From IMG/VR virus record IMGVR_UViG_3300011217_000001, positions 96,001-160,000 of that record: DNA of 64,000 nt; one strand, given 5' to 3'. Made by a program: the position numbers and the translations under genes. Origin of the DNA: a virus (lineage: Duplodnaviria; Caudoviricetes). This document shows positions 54,922-63,999 of the stretch, piece after piece. Positions within the stretch are counted from its first letter, which is position 1, and every line of letters starts with the position of its first letter. Below the pieces are notes generated by a model. The model was not told the DNA's origin. It saw only the letters and a program-made list of their open reading frames with translations, and ran no database searches.

Positions 54922-55176
54922 TTACGCCACGCTCCGCAGTCGGATGTAGTCGTAATATGCCGGCCAGAACTTGTCGACCGCCTTGATGGCAGTGACGAAG
55001 AACAGGACCAACTGCACCGCCAACACCAGCCACTTGTAGGGACCGAAGACGCTGGCATGGGGAAGGATGAGTCCCATCGAGAAACAGATGATCATCATCA
55101 GGGCTGCGTAGAGCAGGAACGAGTTGCGCTTGCGGGTGTACCTTGCGGTAAGCCGCTTGAAGGTTTTGCTGGCCAT
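54922..55176 (-). CDS. Two-TM membrane protein
   Basis: 84 aa, two hydrophobic helices. Confidence 0.65.
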   Translation of the reverse strand: MASKTFKRLTARYTRKRNSFLLYAALMMIICFSMGLILPHASVFGPYKWLVLAVQLVLFFVTAIKAVDKFWPAYYDYIRLRSVA

Positions 55177-55185
55177 GGGAACCTC

Positions 55186-55725
55186 TCAGGGAAGAATGGG
55201 CGGAGCCTTGCAGACACCCATGGTGTCCTTCAGGTCGATGACGATATTCGAGCGCGTATTGGTGAGGATCGAAACCTCGGCATGTTCCTCGCTGAAGAAC
55301 ACGCACGCCCGGTTCCTCGCAAGAGCCTGTTCGGACAGAGTACGCGGATCCTTCTGGCTGTACGTGACCTCAAATTCGTCGAAACGATAGTGGTGCGAGT
55401 TGATCAACGAACGATTGTCGCAGATGTTCTTCATCGCCGCATGCAGGATGTTGATCGCTGCATCCGTCAGCGTCTGAGCCAGAAGGAGCTCCGTCTCATC
55501 GCTGGTATTGATGAAGAAGCTGTCCGAGCTCCCCTCAATTTCAAGGACACTAAGGTACTCGTTGTCGATCTCCGTCTCCTTGTCGATGATCATAAAAGAA
55601 AGAGAGACGTGATCGTGCGAGGTGGTGTCGATAACCGTAAGGCTACCGTCACTGCAGAGCGTGTTGATGTTGGCGCCGACCTGCAGATTGAGGACAGCCT
55701 TGTAGCGCGGGGTCTTGTTGTTCAT
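55186..55725 (-). CDS. Hypothetical protein
   Basis: 179 aa, SD GGAG. Confidence 0.65.
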   Translation of the reverse strand: MNNKTPRYKAVLNLQVGANINTLCSDGSLTVIDTTSHDHVSLSFMIIDKETEIDNEYLSVLEIEGSSDSFFINTSDETELLLAQTLTDAAINILHAAMKNICDNRSLINSHHYRFDEFEVTYSQKDPRTLSEQALARNRACVFFSEEHAEVSILTNTRSNIVIDLKDTMGVCKAPPILP

Positions 55726-55792
55726 ACGTATTTCTCCGTTGGGGTACTACGAAAGGGAAGAGGGCAGAACCGGAGTCCTGCCCTCTGGGGTG

Positions 55793-56335
55793 TTACAGCG
55801 TGGCGAAGGCCGACTTGCAGTCAATCACCATGGTGGGATCAGGCTGACCGGCGGTATACATGCCGATCTGCTTGTCCTTGACCGATTCGTTCTGCGCGAA
55901 CTCACGCAGCTTCTCGATGGAGATGACGTTGTCACCTTCCTCGTGGTGCTCGTCAACCATGAACTTGGTCGAGCTATTCAACAGCGCGTTGTGGACCGGG
56001 TTCTCATCCAGTTCACCAACGCCGATGAAGATCTCGCTGTGGGTGATGCGGTGCAGTTCCTTGAAGTCCGGACTGTTGAACAGGAAGCGGACCGACAGGG
56101 CGATGATGTCGCGGAAGCGCTCGGCTTCGTGTTGATCGATGATGTTGGTGAAGATCTCATCGATCACGAAGATACCACGGTAGTCCTTCGGGTCTTCGTA
56201 GTTGATCGGGTCCAGATCGAACAGGACGTGAGCGAACAGGTCGGTGGCGCGATCAAAGAACATGATGCGACCCGAACGATGCGCCGTTGCCTTGGCGCGG
56301 CTGATTTCCAACGTTGCGACGTAATCGCCCCACAT
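55793..56335 (-). CDS. Hypothetical protein
   Basis: 180 aa, SD GGAG. Confidence 0.7.
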   Translation of the reverse strand: MWGDYVATLEISRAKATAHRSGRIMFFDRATDLFAHVLFDLDPINYEDPKDYRGIFVIDEIFTNIIDQHEAERFRDIIALSVRFLFNSPDFKELHRITHSEIFIGVGELDENPVHNALLNSSTKFMVDEHHEEGDNVISIEKLREFAQNESVKDKQIGMYTAGQPDPTMVIDCKSAFATL

Positions 56336-56426
56336 AAGTGAAACTCCATTGATTTTGAAAGAAAGGCGGAGGGGTTACCTCCGCCATACATGGTACAGCA
56401 GTGTACAGCCAGATACAACTCTTATT

Positions 56427-56867
56427 TCAGGTGCCGATGAACTTTTCCCTCGGCCAACTTACCGCCAGGCAGTTAGCGATGAGGTAGTCACTCCAGTGGC
56501 TTCCAGAAACCTTGATGAGCCGTTCATCCTCGATCTGTATATGGTTCAGTACAGTCGCAGGCAGCTCGTCGAGCAGTTCAGGGCATATGCAGCGAGGACT
56601 GAGCACCCCAAGCAGGGCGCCCAGTTCCAAGCCGTTCAGACCTTCGTACTCAAACTTCTTCAAAGTACAGAACTTCATGACGTCGATTCTCCCGTCCCGG
56701 TCTGCGTGCTGCATACCGAGAACAGGGATCTCACACGTCAACTTCAGGACGGGCACATTTTCCGTGCTACAGTGCAGGTTCCTGAAGTACAAGTTGCCCT
56801 CAAACGAGTGGGTCACGTAGAACTCACGCGACTGAGGAACAACCTTCTCACAAACACCAACGTCCAC
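56427..56867 (-). CDS. Hypothetical protein
   Basis: 146 aa, SD AAGGAG. Confidence 0.55.
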   Translation of the reverse strand: MDVGVCEKVVPQSREFYVTHSFEGNLYFRNLHCSTENVPVLKLTCEIPVLGMQHADRDGRIDVMKFCTLKKFEYEGLNGLELGALLGVLSPRCICPELLDELPATVLNHIQIEDERLIKVSGSHWSDYLIANCLAVSWPREKFIGT

Positions 56868-56903
56868 TGTTATCTCCTTATACGCGTTGTTGGTGGGTAC
56901 TGC

Positions 56904-57944
56904 TTAGAAAGCGATCTCCGAAAGCTTCTGCTTCAGATTGCCGCTGGAGGTGTAGGTCTGCCCTGCCAGGTCGGTGAGGACCAGCGGGATATCCTTCAGC
57001 TCGCTGTTGGCATTGCGCAGACGCTTGCACAGATCACCGATGGTGGAACCTTCCGGCATCTTCTGGATCCACTGCTTCACGCCAGAGCGCATGCTCGGAC
57101 GTTCACGGAAGACCACACGCAGCCCATCGACCTTGTAGATCTCTTCTTCCAACTGACGCAGGGTCAGACCGTTGGAGGACTGGGAGACCTTCTTGGCAGC
57201 TGCGCCCTTGGTGATGAAGGTCAGCTTGAAGCCCAGGTTCTTGGCGATTTCCTGGGCACGACGACGACCGCCCGATGCAACGGTCTGGGTGACGCTGACC
57301 GGCTTCTGCAGAGCGAAGTAGTGCTTGATCATCGCAGCCTTGCCGATGCCCAGCTTTTCAGCGAAGTCGCTGATCGCGGCGCGCGGGGAGATGGTGATCG
57401 GGGTCAGTTCCTTGGCTTCAGCAGCCGGCTTCTTGGTACGGCGGTTGCGGGTAGCCTTGGAGAAGGCATCAACCAACTTGCCAGCTTCATGAACAGCGGG
57501 CTTGACGTGGGTGACCTTGAAGCCTTCGACCTTGCCGATAGCGTTGAGCACCTTGACGATGTTCTTCACTTCCTTGATCTTGACCGTACCGGTGACGGTC
57601 GTACCGTGACGGAACAGGCGGCTCACCAGACCACTCGGACGCATGCCCAGGATCTTCGCCAGTTCGGCGATCGTGGTGTCGTCGATGACGGTGACTTCCT
57701 GGACGAGCTTGATGTCCTTCGCCTTCGGGGCGGTGAACCCCTTACCGAGGACGACCGAGCCCTTGTTGATTTCCCGCTTGAGCTTTGCCAGTTCCTGACG
57801 CAGCTTGAGCGGAACTTCCCTGCCGGCTTCCTTCAACTTCTTGGAACGCAGGGCGAGCTTCTTACGACGGGCAACCAGCTCGTAGTACTCGGCGGTATCA
57901 TTGACGGTCTTGACATTCTTCTTTTCAACAGCTTTCTTGTTCAT
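56904..57944 (-). CDS. Basic protein with two IF2 N-terminal-like (IF2_N) domains
   Basis: TTIAELAKILGMRPSGLVSRLFRHG and AISDFAEKLGIGKAAMIK...TQTV...AQEIAKNLG; start MNKKAVEK. Confidence 0.6.
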   Translation of the reverse strand: MNKKAVEKKNVKTVNDTAEYYELVARRKKLALRSKKLKEAGREVPLKLRQELAKLKREINKGSVVLGKGFTAPKAKDIKLVQEVTVIDDTTIAELAKILGMRPSGLVSRLFRHGTTVTGTVKIKEVKNIVKVLNAIGKVEGFKVTHVKPAVHEAGKLVDAFSKATRNRRTKKPAAEAKELTPITISPRAAISDFAEKLGIGKAAMIKHYFALQKPVSVTQTVASGGRRRAQEIAKNLGFKLTFITKGAAAKKVSQSSNGLTLRQLEEEIYKVDGLRVVFRERPSMRSGVKQWIQKMPEGSTIGDLCKRLRNANSELKDIPLVLTDLAGQTYTSSGNLKQKLSEIAF

Positions 57945-58018
57945 TCTTGTTACTCCATTTATTGGAAGGGAAATAAAAGAGCCGCCGAAATGACGGCTCA
58001 GTTTGTTGCATGCTGCGG

Positions 58019-58225
58019 TTAGCGACGCGCCATATAGCGGTCGGCAAGCACAGCGGCACCGACTACGACGACGCAGAAGGCCATTGCTCCTCCGACGACG
58101 AGCTGGGTGTCTTTCTCCTTGGCCGTTTCGACGATGGCCGAACCAAGGCGCTTGATGAAGGGCTTCTTCGCCGGGGTGATGCGACGACGAGCGACGTTGG
58201 TGTTGTTTGCTTTGGGCTTTGCCAT
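58019..58225 (-). CDS. Small basic membrane-anchored early protein
   Basis: 68 aa, SD GGAG, first gene after promoter. Confidence 0.65.
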   Translation of the reverse strand: MAKPKANNTNVARRRITPAKKPFIKRLGSAIVETAKEKDTQLVVGGAMAFCVVVVGAAVLADRYMARR

Positions 58226-58282
58226 GGTGTTTCTCCATTTGAGTGATAAGGGATGAGGTCTTTTGAATGGAACCTCACAGGA

Positions 58283-58300
58283 GTTATATAGGGTTGAAAA
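58283..58300 (-). promoter_or_regulatory. Early-type phage promoter
   Basis: TTTTCA-ACCC-TATATAAC. Confidence 0.75.
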
Positions 58301-58321
58301 TCAATGGAATCGACATTTTGC

Positions 58322-58362
58322 GGCATAGAGGAGAGGGGCGACCCTCTCCTCCATTTATGCCC
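58322..58362. terminator. Hairpin flanked by TATGCC on both sides
   Basis: GGCATA-GAGGAGAGGG-GCGA-CCCTCTCCTC-CATTTATGCC. Confidence 0.75.
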
Positions 58363-58363
58363 T

Positions 58364-58798
58364 TCAGGGCTTGCGTACCTCGATCAGGTGCGGTGCCAGG
58401 TAGAGATGGCACAAGTGATTCACCACCTCGTAGTCGGTGTCCACGTTGGCCTTGTCGTGCAGGTAGCGCGATGTCCGCAGGACCAGTTCCTTGGTGGTCT
58501 CATCATCCACCAGCAGAACGATGTTGCCAGCACGCTGATCGGGGAACAGGCCATGGTCCGTACCGTCGGCCTTGGAGACATTCTCCAGCTCATCCTTCAT
58601 GAGCCACGGGAACGTCTTGACGAACAGCTGTGGCCTTGTCAAGACGAACCACAACAGACGCAGGTGGTTGATCCGATTGGACGTGTCCATCGGTTCTTCC
58701 TTGGGCGCGATGAACACCTTGAAGAACACGAACAGACCGATGCCGGTGAAGAACAGGCCGGCGAGCGCCAGTACCATCTTGAACAGGCCGAAGAACAT
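58364..58798 (-). CDS. Membrane protein
   Basis: N-terminal TM segment; DTSNRINHLRL motif. Confidence 0.65.
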   Translation of the reverse strand: MFFGLFKMVLALAGLFFTGIGLFVFFKVFIAPKEEPMDTSNRINHLRLLWFVLTRPQLFVKTFPWLMKDELENVSKADGTDHGLFPDQRAGNIVLLVDDETTKELVLRTSRYLHDKANVDTDYEVVNHLCHLYLAPHLIEVRKP

Positions 58799-59226
58799 CA
58801 GGCTTCCTTGGTTTCGGAGGGAATGGATTCCAGCAGACGCAGCAGGTCGGCATGGAACTCCGGATCAGCCGCTGCACGTTCTGCTGCAACTTCAGCCAGC
58901 TTGGTGTAGCCCAGTTCGGAGATCAGAGCGTCGTGGTTCTCCAGCTCCTTCAGGCGCTTGTGCATGAACTCCATGTAGGTGTTCAGGTGGTAGGAGCAGG
59001 CGTAGATGTCCCAGCGGTTGTTGCCGCGATAGATCGGCCAGAACCAGACCACTGCCGGATAACCGAAGCGTACGACGCCGGTGTATTTCAGCTTGGCGCC
59101 AGAGTCACGCAAGCCGCTCTGCTTGAGCGCCTGCTGCTTGGCTTCTTCGTACCCTTCGGCACTGCGGACCAGATAGCGACCTTCACCGAGGTAGCTGCAC
59201 TGGCGCTTGTTGGTTCCGGCGTTCAT
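58798..59226 (-). CDS. Hypothetical protein
   Basis: 142 aa, coupled. Confidence 0.65.
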   Translation of the reverse strand: MNAGTNKRQCSYLGEGRYLVRSAEGYEEAKQQALKQSGLRDSGAKLKYTGVVRFGYPAVVWFWPIYRGNNRWDIYACSYHLNTYMEFMHKRLKELENHDALISELGYTKLAEVAAERAAADPEFHADLLRLLESIPSETKEA

Positions 59227-59654
59227 GCCTGCTCCCCTGCGGATTTGATTTCGACCCCGGTATCGGGTGGTTGTACAACGCGGATGACCTCGAATGCCTT
59301 GCCGAGATCGCCGAGTGGCTGTTGGTCGTCGGACTCCAGCGGCGGAGACGGCGGCTCGCCGCAGAAGCCACCTTCGATCCAGTCCTTCATGGCTGGGAAG
59401 GTGTAAACGTCACCTTCGCCATTGCGGCACTTGTCGCGATAGCACATCACGTCGCGATAGCCGTTCTCCAGAATGACTGGACCTTCGAAGAGTTCGTCGT
59501 GGTCGGGCAGCTTCATCGTGGACTGCGCCCAGCTCCACGCGCCCAGGTAGGACTTGCTGCTCATCAGTCGCTGATGCAGGATCATGACAAACTGCTTAGC
59601 CTGCCAACCATGCTCGAAAGTCTTGAGTAGTACGAAGTGTTTCAACATTGCCAT
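59223..59654 (-). CDS. Hypothetical protein
   Basis: Start reassigned to MAMLKHF, downstream of terminator. Confidence 0.6.
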   Translation of the reverse strand: MAMLKHFVLLKTFEHGWQAKQFVMILHQRLMSSKSYLGAWSWAQSTMKLPDHDELFEGPVILENGYRDVMCYRDKCRNGEGDVYTFPAMKDWIEGGFCGEPPSPPLESDDQQPLGDLGKAFEVIRVVQPPDTGVEIKSAGEQA

Positions 59655-59712
59655 GATCCTGGTTAGCTGCGTAAATGGGCGTAAGCGCCCCATATAGTGG
59701 GCAGAAAACCGG

Positions 59713-59757
59713 AAAAAAAAAAAAAAAGACATAGAGGGAGGGGCCGAAGCCCCTCCC
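59713..59757 (-). terminator. Hairpin-TATGTC-T15
   Basis: GGGAGGGGC-TTCG-GCCCCTCCC-TCTATGTC then 15 T. Confidence 0.8.
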
Positions 59758-59763
59758 GTCCAC

Positions 59764-60471
59764 TTAGTGCAGCACGATGTACGTGGTGCCCTTCGGATAG
59801 ATCACCTGCAGCTGACCGATCAACCCACGGATTGCTTCTTCCGGATCACGGATCGACCTGGGCGGCTTGCGCATGTCGATGATCAGGAACTTGGGATTGA
59901 ACTTGAAGCCCTTCGGGAAGATCGGCGAAAGGTAGACCTCAGACTTGGTGAGTCCCGCGTCCTTCACCACGTCCTGCACGAGATCGAAATCGACATTGGT
60001 GGTGACGGAGAACACCGCTTCGTTGGTGAAGATCGAAGCCAAGGTGTGCAGTGCGTTTTCCGGCACGTTGCGGAAATCGTGACGCTCCCAGTCCGGAGTC
60101 ATCTTCAGCTTGGAGAGCTTCTGGAAGAACTCGTGCTTGCCCACCACGTCGGTGACGTGAGCCATCTTGGTGGTGAGCAAGGAGATGCCGCCGTCGATCA
60201 ACATCAACCGCGGACGATCCTTTTCCTGCGGCTTGGGGTAGATGCTCAGGGTCATCCACTCGTCGTCGCGGGTCAGGATACGCATCTGCAGATCCATCGC
60301 CGTCACCATGCGGGTCAGGCATTCGAGGTTCTTGGTGTGGGCCAAGTACTCGAATTCGCGCTCGCCCATCGACAGGCGCTGCCAGAAGATGCCCGCTTCC
60401 ACGCCCAGGGTGAAGGCTTCGTCCTGGATAGGGAAGGAGACCAGCAGCGCGTAGTCGGTCGAGCCGGTCAT
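59764..60471 (-). CDS. Hypothetical two-domain protein
   Basis: 235 aa; AFTLGVEAG N-domain, internal RPRLMLIDGG. Confidence 0.65.
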   Translation of the reverse strand: MTGSTDYALLVSFPIQDEAFTLGVEAGIFWQRLSMGEREFEYLAHTKNLECLTRMVTAMDLQMRILTRDDEWMTLSIYPKPQEKDRPRLMLIDGGISLLTTKMAHVTDVVGKHEFFQKLSKLKMTPDWERHDFRNVPENALHTLASIFTNEAVFSVTTNVDFDLVQDVVKDAGLTKSEVYLSPIFPKGFKFNPKFLIIDMRKPPRSIRDPEEAIRGLIGQLQVIYPKGTTYIVLH

Positions 60472-61664
60472 GCCTTACCCCCGATCAACTTGTTGGCTGC
60501 CGCTGCGACCATCTGGTGCAGTCGCTCCAACGCCTCGTCCTTGTAGATGATGGAAACTTCACCCCGCGAGACCGTCAGGGTCGGAGTAGCGCGGCCCACC
60601 TCATCGACACTGGCGATACTTTCTTCGAGCTTGTCGAGGATAGCTTCCACGATATGGGGCGGGAAGAACGTGCGCATGGAATCCAGTGCACGAGTGAAAC
60701 GATCCTGGCGAGAGTTCTCACTCTGTACCGCCACGCGGCCGTCTGCGAATCTGAAGACCGTATAGTAGAAGGTTTCACCCTTCAGGAGTTCGTCCACGTA
60801 CGTGACGACGAGCTGCCAGTTGCCGTTGATGCGGCGACCATCGAGAGAGACCTTGACCGTGTTCCCGAACTTCTTGGTGAAGTGCGTGACGAGATAACTC
60901 AGGAACACGACGTCATTGGGAGCGGTGCCCATTTCGGATACCAGACCGTAGGCGCTCTTGATGGCATCTGCGATGTACTTGTCCACGCTGCGGTGGTAGC
61001 ACTCCAACCGCCGGAAGATGTAGCTTTGAGCCTTCTCGCCGAACACCTCGTTGGCTTCAGTGGTGAAGGTCCAGTATTCGTTTTCGAAGCTGCCAGTGAC
61101 CTTGACGTGGATGTCGAAGTCGCGGGCAATCGCACTGGAGATCTTTTCCGGCATCGTCGTACCGGCCGCGATGTCCAGGAGCACGCCGGCCTTCTCGGCT
61201 TCAGCGATGACGTCGACAATGATGTCTTCGACGCTAGCGCGGTTGGCGTACTGGGCCTGCTTGACCGTGAACAGCTTTCCGGTCTCGTGGAAGACGAAAC
61301 CATGGCGCCGCAGGCGCTGATCCAGGACCGCGCGATATTCGACCATGGCGGGGATCTGGTCCGCGATGTCTTCGATCTCGTTGCCCTGGAGCAACTTGAA
61401 GTCTTCGTGGTCTTCGGCCTCGCGATAGAACTCACGCAGCTTCTCAGTGCGATCATGGAGCTGAGCGCGCTCACCGATCAGACGTTCGACGTGCGGCTCG
61501 ATGTTGGCCGGGATATTGCCGATGGCGATGTAGGCCTGCTCGAAGGTTTCCTTCGGTGACCACGAGGTGTAGCCATCGGCGTACTTGACTGCGTAGCCGG
61601 GCTTGCCGTCCTTCTCCTGTTCCCAGGCGAGGATGATCTTGGTTCCAACGTAATGCTGCGTCAT
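60468..61664 (-). CDS. Multidomain protein: GTK/DGYxSWSPK domain plus crAss001_48 (Y16Q)-like helical domain; candidate anti-defence protein
   Basis: YVGTK...GYAVKYADGYTSWSPKETFEQAY; PHVERLIGERAQL...Q..AM.EY..VL..R. Confidence 0.6.
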   Translation of the reverse strand: MTQHYVGTKIILAWEQEKDGKPGYAVKYADGYTSWSPKETFEQAYIAIGNIPANIEPHVERLIGERAQLHDRTEKLREFYREAEDHEDFKLLQGNEIEDIADQIPAMVEYRAVLDQRLRRHGFVFHETGKLFTVKQAQYANRASVEDIIVDVIAEAEKAGVLLDIAAGTTMPEKISSAIARDFDIHVKVTGSFENEYWTFTTEANEVFGEKAQSYIFRRLECYHRSVDKYIADAIKSAYGLVSEMGTAPNDVVFLSYLVTHFTKKFGNTVKVSLDGRRINGNWQLVVTYVDELLKGETFYYTVFRFADGRVAVQSENSRQDRFTRALDSMRTFFPPHIVEAILDKLEESIASVDEVGRATPTLTVSRGEVSIIYKDEALERLHQMVAAAANKLIGGKA

Positions 61665-61792
61665 TTCTTGTTCTCACGGTTCTTGTAAACGTAGCGGGCG
61701 GCGCTGATCAGATTGGGCAAAACCCATCCAACCACGATGACGGCATAAATCACTTGTGATGCAATGAAAGCTTGATGCGGTGTCACGTCCAT
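61661..61792 (-). CDS. 43-aa single-TM peptide (not in ORF track)
   Basis: MDVTPHQ...VIYAVIVVGWVLPNL...KK, ATGA-coupled. Confidence 0.5.
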   Translation of the reverse strand: MDVTPHQAFIASQVIYAVIVVGWVLPNLISAARYVYKNRENKK

Positions 61793-61843
61793 CTCCCTTT
61801 CGGTATAAAGCCCCCACCTTTCGGCGGGGGCAATCATTACTAC

Positions 61844-62599
61844 TTACACTTGGTCAAGGCAGCGGACCATGGCTTCCTTGATTCTCTTCAGCACTTCTTC
61901 TGGGGGGCGTTTGTCGATGTGCTTTACTTCGCACCAGATTTCGACAAGGGCATCGAGACCGGGATCGAATGCTGCGGTGTCATCCCGCAGTCCGAACAGT
62001 TTCTTGCGCATTGCCTTGTCAGGAGTCGTTTCCTTGACCAGCTCAAGCCACATCTCCCGACTGGCGCGCGGCACCAATCCAGTCAGCGCCTTGGACGCTT
62101 TGGAGAATGCATTGCGGATCAGGATGCCGTTATTTACCGGTGCGGACGGGAAGTCGTAGCTGTGCACCGAAAAACGGCCAGTGGCCGGCACGAACACGCC
62201 GCTCCTTACCTGCAGATGAATGGACTTATAGATCCCGGGATCGGGGTAGAAAACAGATACCGGTCGCGGGACTGACATCGGGTACGGTCGGAGATCGGAG
62301 AAGCGATTGGGGGAACGACCATACTCGACAATCATGCCAGGCAGGATCTCGTACACCCTACGGGAGGTCGCCACGTACCCCAGCAGGAAGTGCTTGTATC
62401 GCGCTATGTCGAATCCGACCTGCACTCGCTCGTCGGTCAGGGGGAGTGTGGTCAGTCTCAGTGACATGACTTGATCTCCAAAGGAGAGGTTTGTCATCAT
62501 CCACTTGTGCATTTCCTGGATGTCAATCTTTTCATTGACAGACTCCGTCAGAACGAGGAGGTCTTCCAGGTTACGCGACTTTTCCAAATTCAGCGACAT
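61844..62599 (-). CDS. Hypothetical protein
   Basis: 251 aa. Confidence 0.65.
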   Translation of the reverse strand: MSLNLEKSRNLEDLLVLTESVNEKIDIQEMHKWMMTNLSFGDQVMSLRLTTLPLTDERVQVGFDIARYKHFLLGYVATSRRVYEILPGMIVEYGRSPNRFSDLRPYPMSVPRPVSVFYPDPGIYKSIHLQVRSGVFVPATGRFSVHSYDFPSAPVNNGILIRNAFSKASKALTGLVPRASREMWLELVKETTPDKAMRKKLFGLRDDTAAFDPGLDALVEIWCEVKHIDKRPPEEVLKRIKEAMVRCLDQV

Positions 62600-62707
62600 T
62601 CTCTTTACCTTTTAGTGCGACGATGAACCCTTGCGATTGGACCAATGTCCGGTTGCCTCGGGCGGAACCCCACCTACCCTCGTCGATAGATAGGTGGGGC
62701 TTTGAAA

Positions 62708-63151
62708 CTAGGTTGCTGGTTGCTCGGTAGTACGGGTGGAAAGCACATGGGAATGTGCCAAGAAAAGCGAGGCTCCGAGGTCGCTCTCATGGAGTCGGGC
62801 CTGCTGAAGCATGTCGATCAGCTTCTGGTCGGGTTCGGCCTTCTTCTGCTCCAGCTCCATGAGGTCAGTGAGGATGCTCAGTCGATACTGAGAATCCGTC
62901 GAGGCCGACAGAAGAACTCCTTCGAGCGGAAGGAAGATCGGCTTGATGTTGTGCGGCCAACGTGGCTCGCGCTCCTCTTGCAACTCGGCCAGATTTGTCG
63001 CCACTTCTTTCGGAAAAGGAACATCATCACGGCTGTCCTGGAGAATCTCATCCATGGACTGCATGAGGTCTTTCAGGTACTTCCGGTTGCGGAAGGCCAC
63101 CAAAACAATGATGACCATCAACCCAACTGCAATGTATGCTGCAATTTCCAT
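62708..63151 (-). CDS. Membrane-anchored hypothetical protein
   Basis: Start MEIAAY, N-terminal TM segment. Confidence 0.6.
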   Translation of the reverse strand: MEIAAYIAVGLMVIIVLVAFRNRKYLKDLMQSMDEILQDSRDDVPFPKEVATNLAELQEEREPRWPHNIKPIFLPLEGVLLSASTDSQYRLSILTDLMELEQKKAEPDQKLIDMLQQARLHESDLGASLFLAHSHVLSTRTTEQPAT

Positions 63152-63171
63152 GTCCCTCTCCCTACATGTGG

Positions 63172-63411
63172 TTAGCCTGGCAGTTTGACTGAGGCTCCAT
63201 AATGGACAACCCAAGCAGTCAAAAACTGCAAGCGTTTCTCCTCAGCGACGATCTGTTCCCTCACCCACTCTTGTTGGATGGGGTCCATCTCCTCGTAGGA
63301 AGAGGATGCCATGTAGGTTTTTAGGTACTGCAGGAAGTGCTTGGCCCGAATGTACTCAGACTGCTGTCGATCGCGGAATTCGATCTCCTGCCAGGTGTTA
63401 GGCTGCTTCAT
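63172..63411 (-). CDS. Small helical protein, weakly crAss001_48-like
   Basis: FRDRQQSEY...L..Y....YEEM...Q...EQ......FL. Confidence 0.5.
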   Translation of the reverse strand: MKQPNTWQEIEFRDRQQSEYIRAKHFLQYLKTYMASSSYEEMDPIQQEWVREQIVAEEKRLQFLTAWVVHYGASVKLPG

Positions 63412-63553
63412 CGTCCTTATCCTTCCGCTTGAACTTGGACTTGATCCACGCCCAGATCTCTTCCTGGTTACCCAGTACAAAGACCATGACCGACATGACC
63501 ACGACAAAGGTCGCTATCGCAAGCCACGACTCCTGGTCAGTTGCAATCGCCAT
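63398..63553 (-). CDS. 51-aa single-TM peptide (not in ORF track)
   Basis: MAIATDQESWLAIATFVVVMSVMVFVLG... Confidence 0.5.
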   Translation of the reverse strand: MAIATDQESWLAIATFVVVMSVMVFVLGNQEEIWAWIKSKFKRKDKDDEAA

Positions 63554-63564
63554 ACACTCGTTAC

Positions 63565-63999
63565 TCATACACCTACCAAGATGACCAAGGGCTGAGGGGC
63601 TGCGCAGTTGACCGCATAGCGCAGGATGGCTGGGATGAACGTGGGCAGTGCCTCCATGTCCCCATTGCGCTGATAACGTGTGGAGATCAACAGCACATCA
63701 TCCACAAACACGCGGCGGATCCCCTCATCACCTGCGGAGTGGATCTCATAGCGCTTAGGGTTGAGGATTGCAGGCGGCAACGGCGGCAGCTTGCGATAGA
63801 TCTTCTCCATGAACTCATCAGCGTCCAGGATCGTGATGTCATTATCGCTCTGGCCATTCTCCACCAACAGAGTAGCCATCTTGTTACGACACGGTACAGA
63901 GGAGACGATGATCATGTCCCCCGGTCGAGCAAGCTTAGCAATGGCGCTGCTCCTACCTGTGCTCTTGGGTCCACCATAGCGCACGGTACGATAGGAGTA
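63565..63999 (-). CDS. P-loop-like protein, 5'-truncated by window edge
   Basis: GGPKSTGRS Walker-A-like, VFVDD Walker-B-like. Confidence 0.55.
   Translation of the reverse strand, partial: YSYRTVRYGGPKSTGRSSAIAKLARPGDMIIVSSVPCRNKMATLLVENGQSDNDITILDADEFMEKIYRKLPPLPPAILNPKRYEIHSAGDEGIRRVFVDDVLLISTRYQRNGDMEALPTFIPAILRYAVNCAAPQPLVILVGV

Noticed and set aside
59655-59732. ORF start MSFFFFF and 15-A run as phase-variation site
   Set aside because: It is the T-tract of the upstream terminator; homopolymer length may also be a sequencing artefact
460-61559. Many long plus-strand or antisense ORFs (e.g. 460-1800, 3128-5290, 5287-6987, 8512-10602, 30139-32010, 45764-47299, 56349-58022)
   Set aside because: Shadow frames of real genes caused by high GC3 codon bias; no SD, motifs or operon logic
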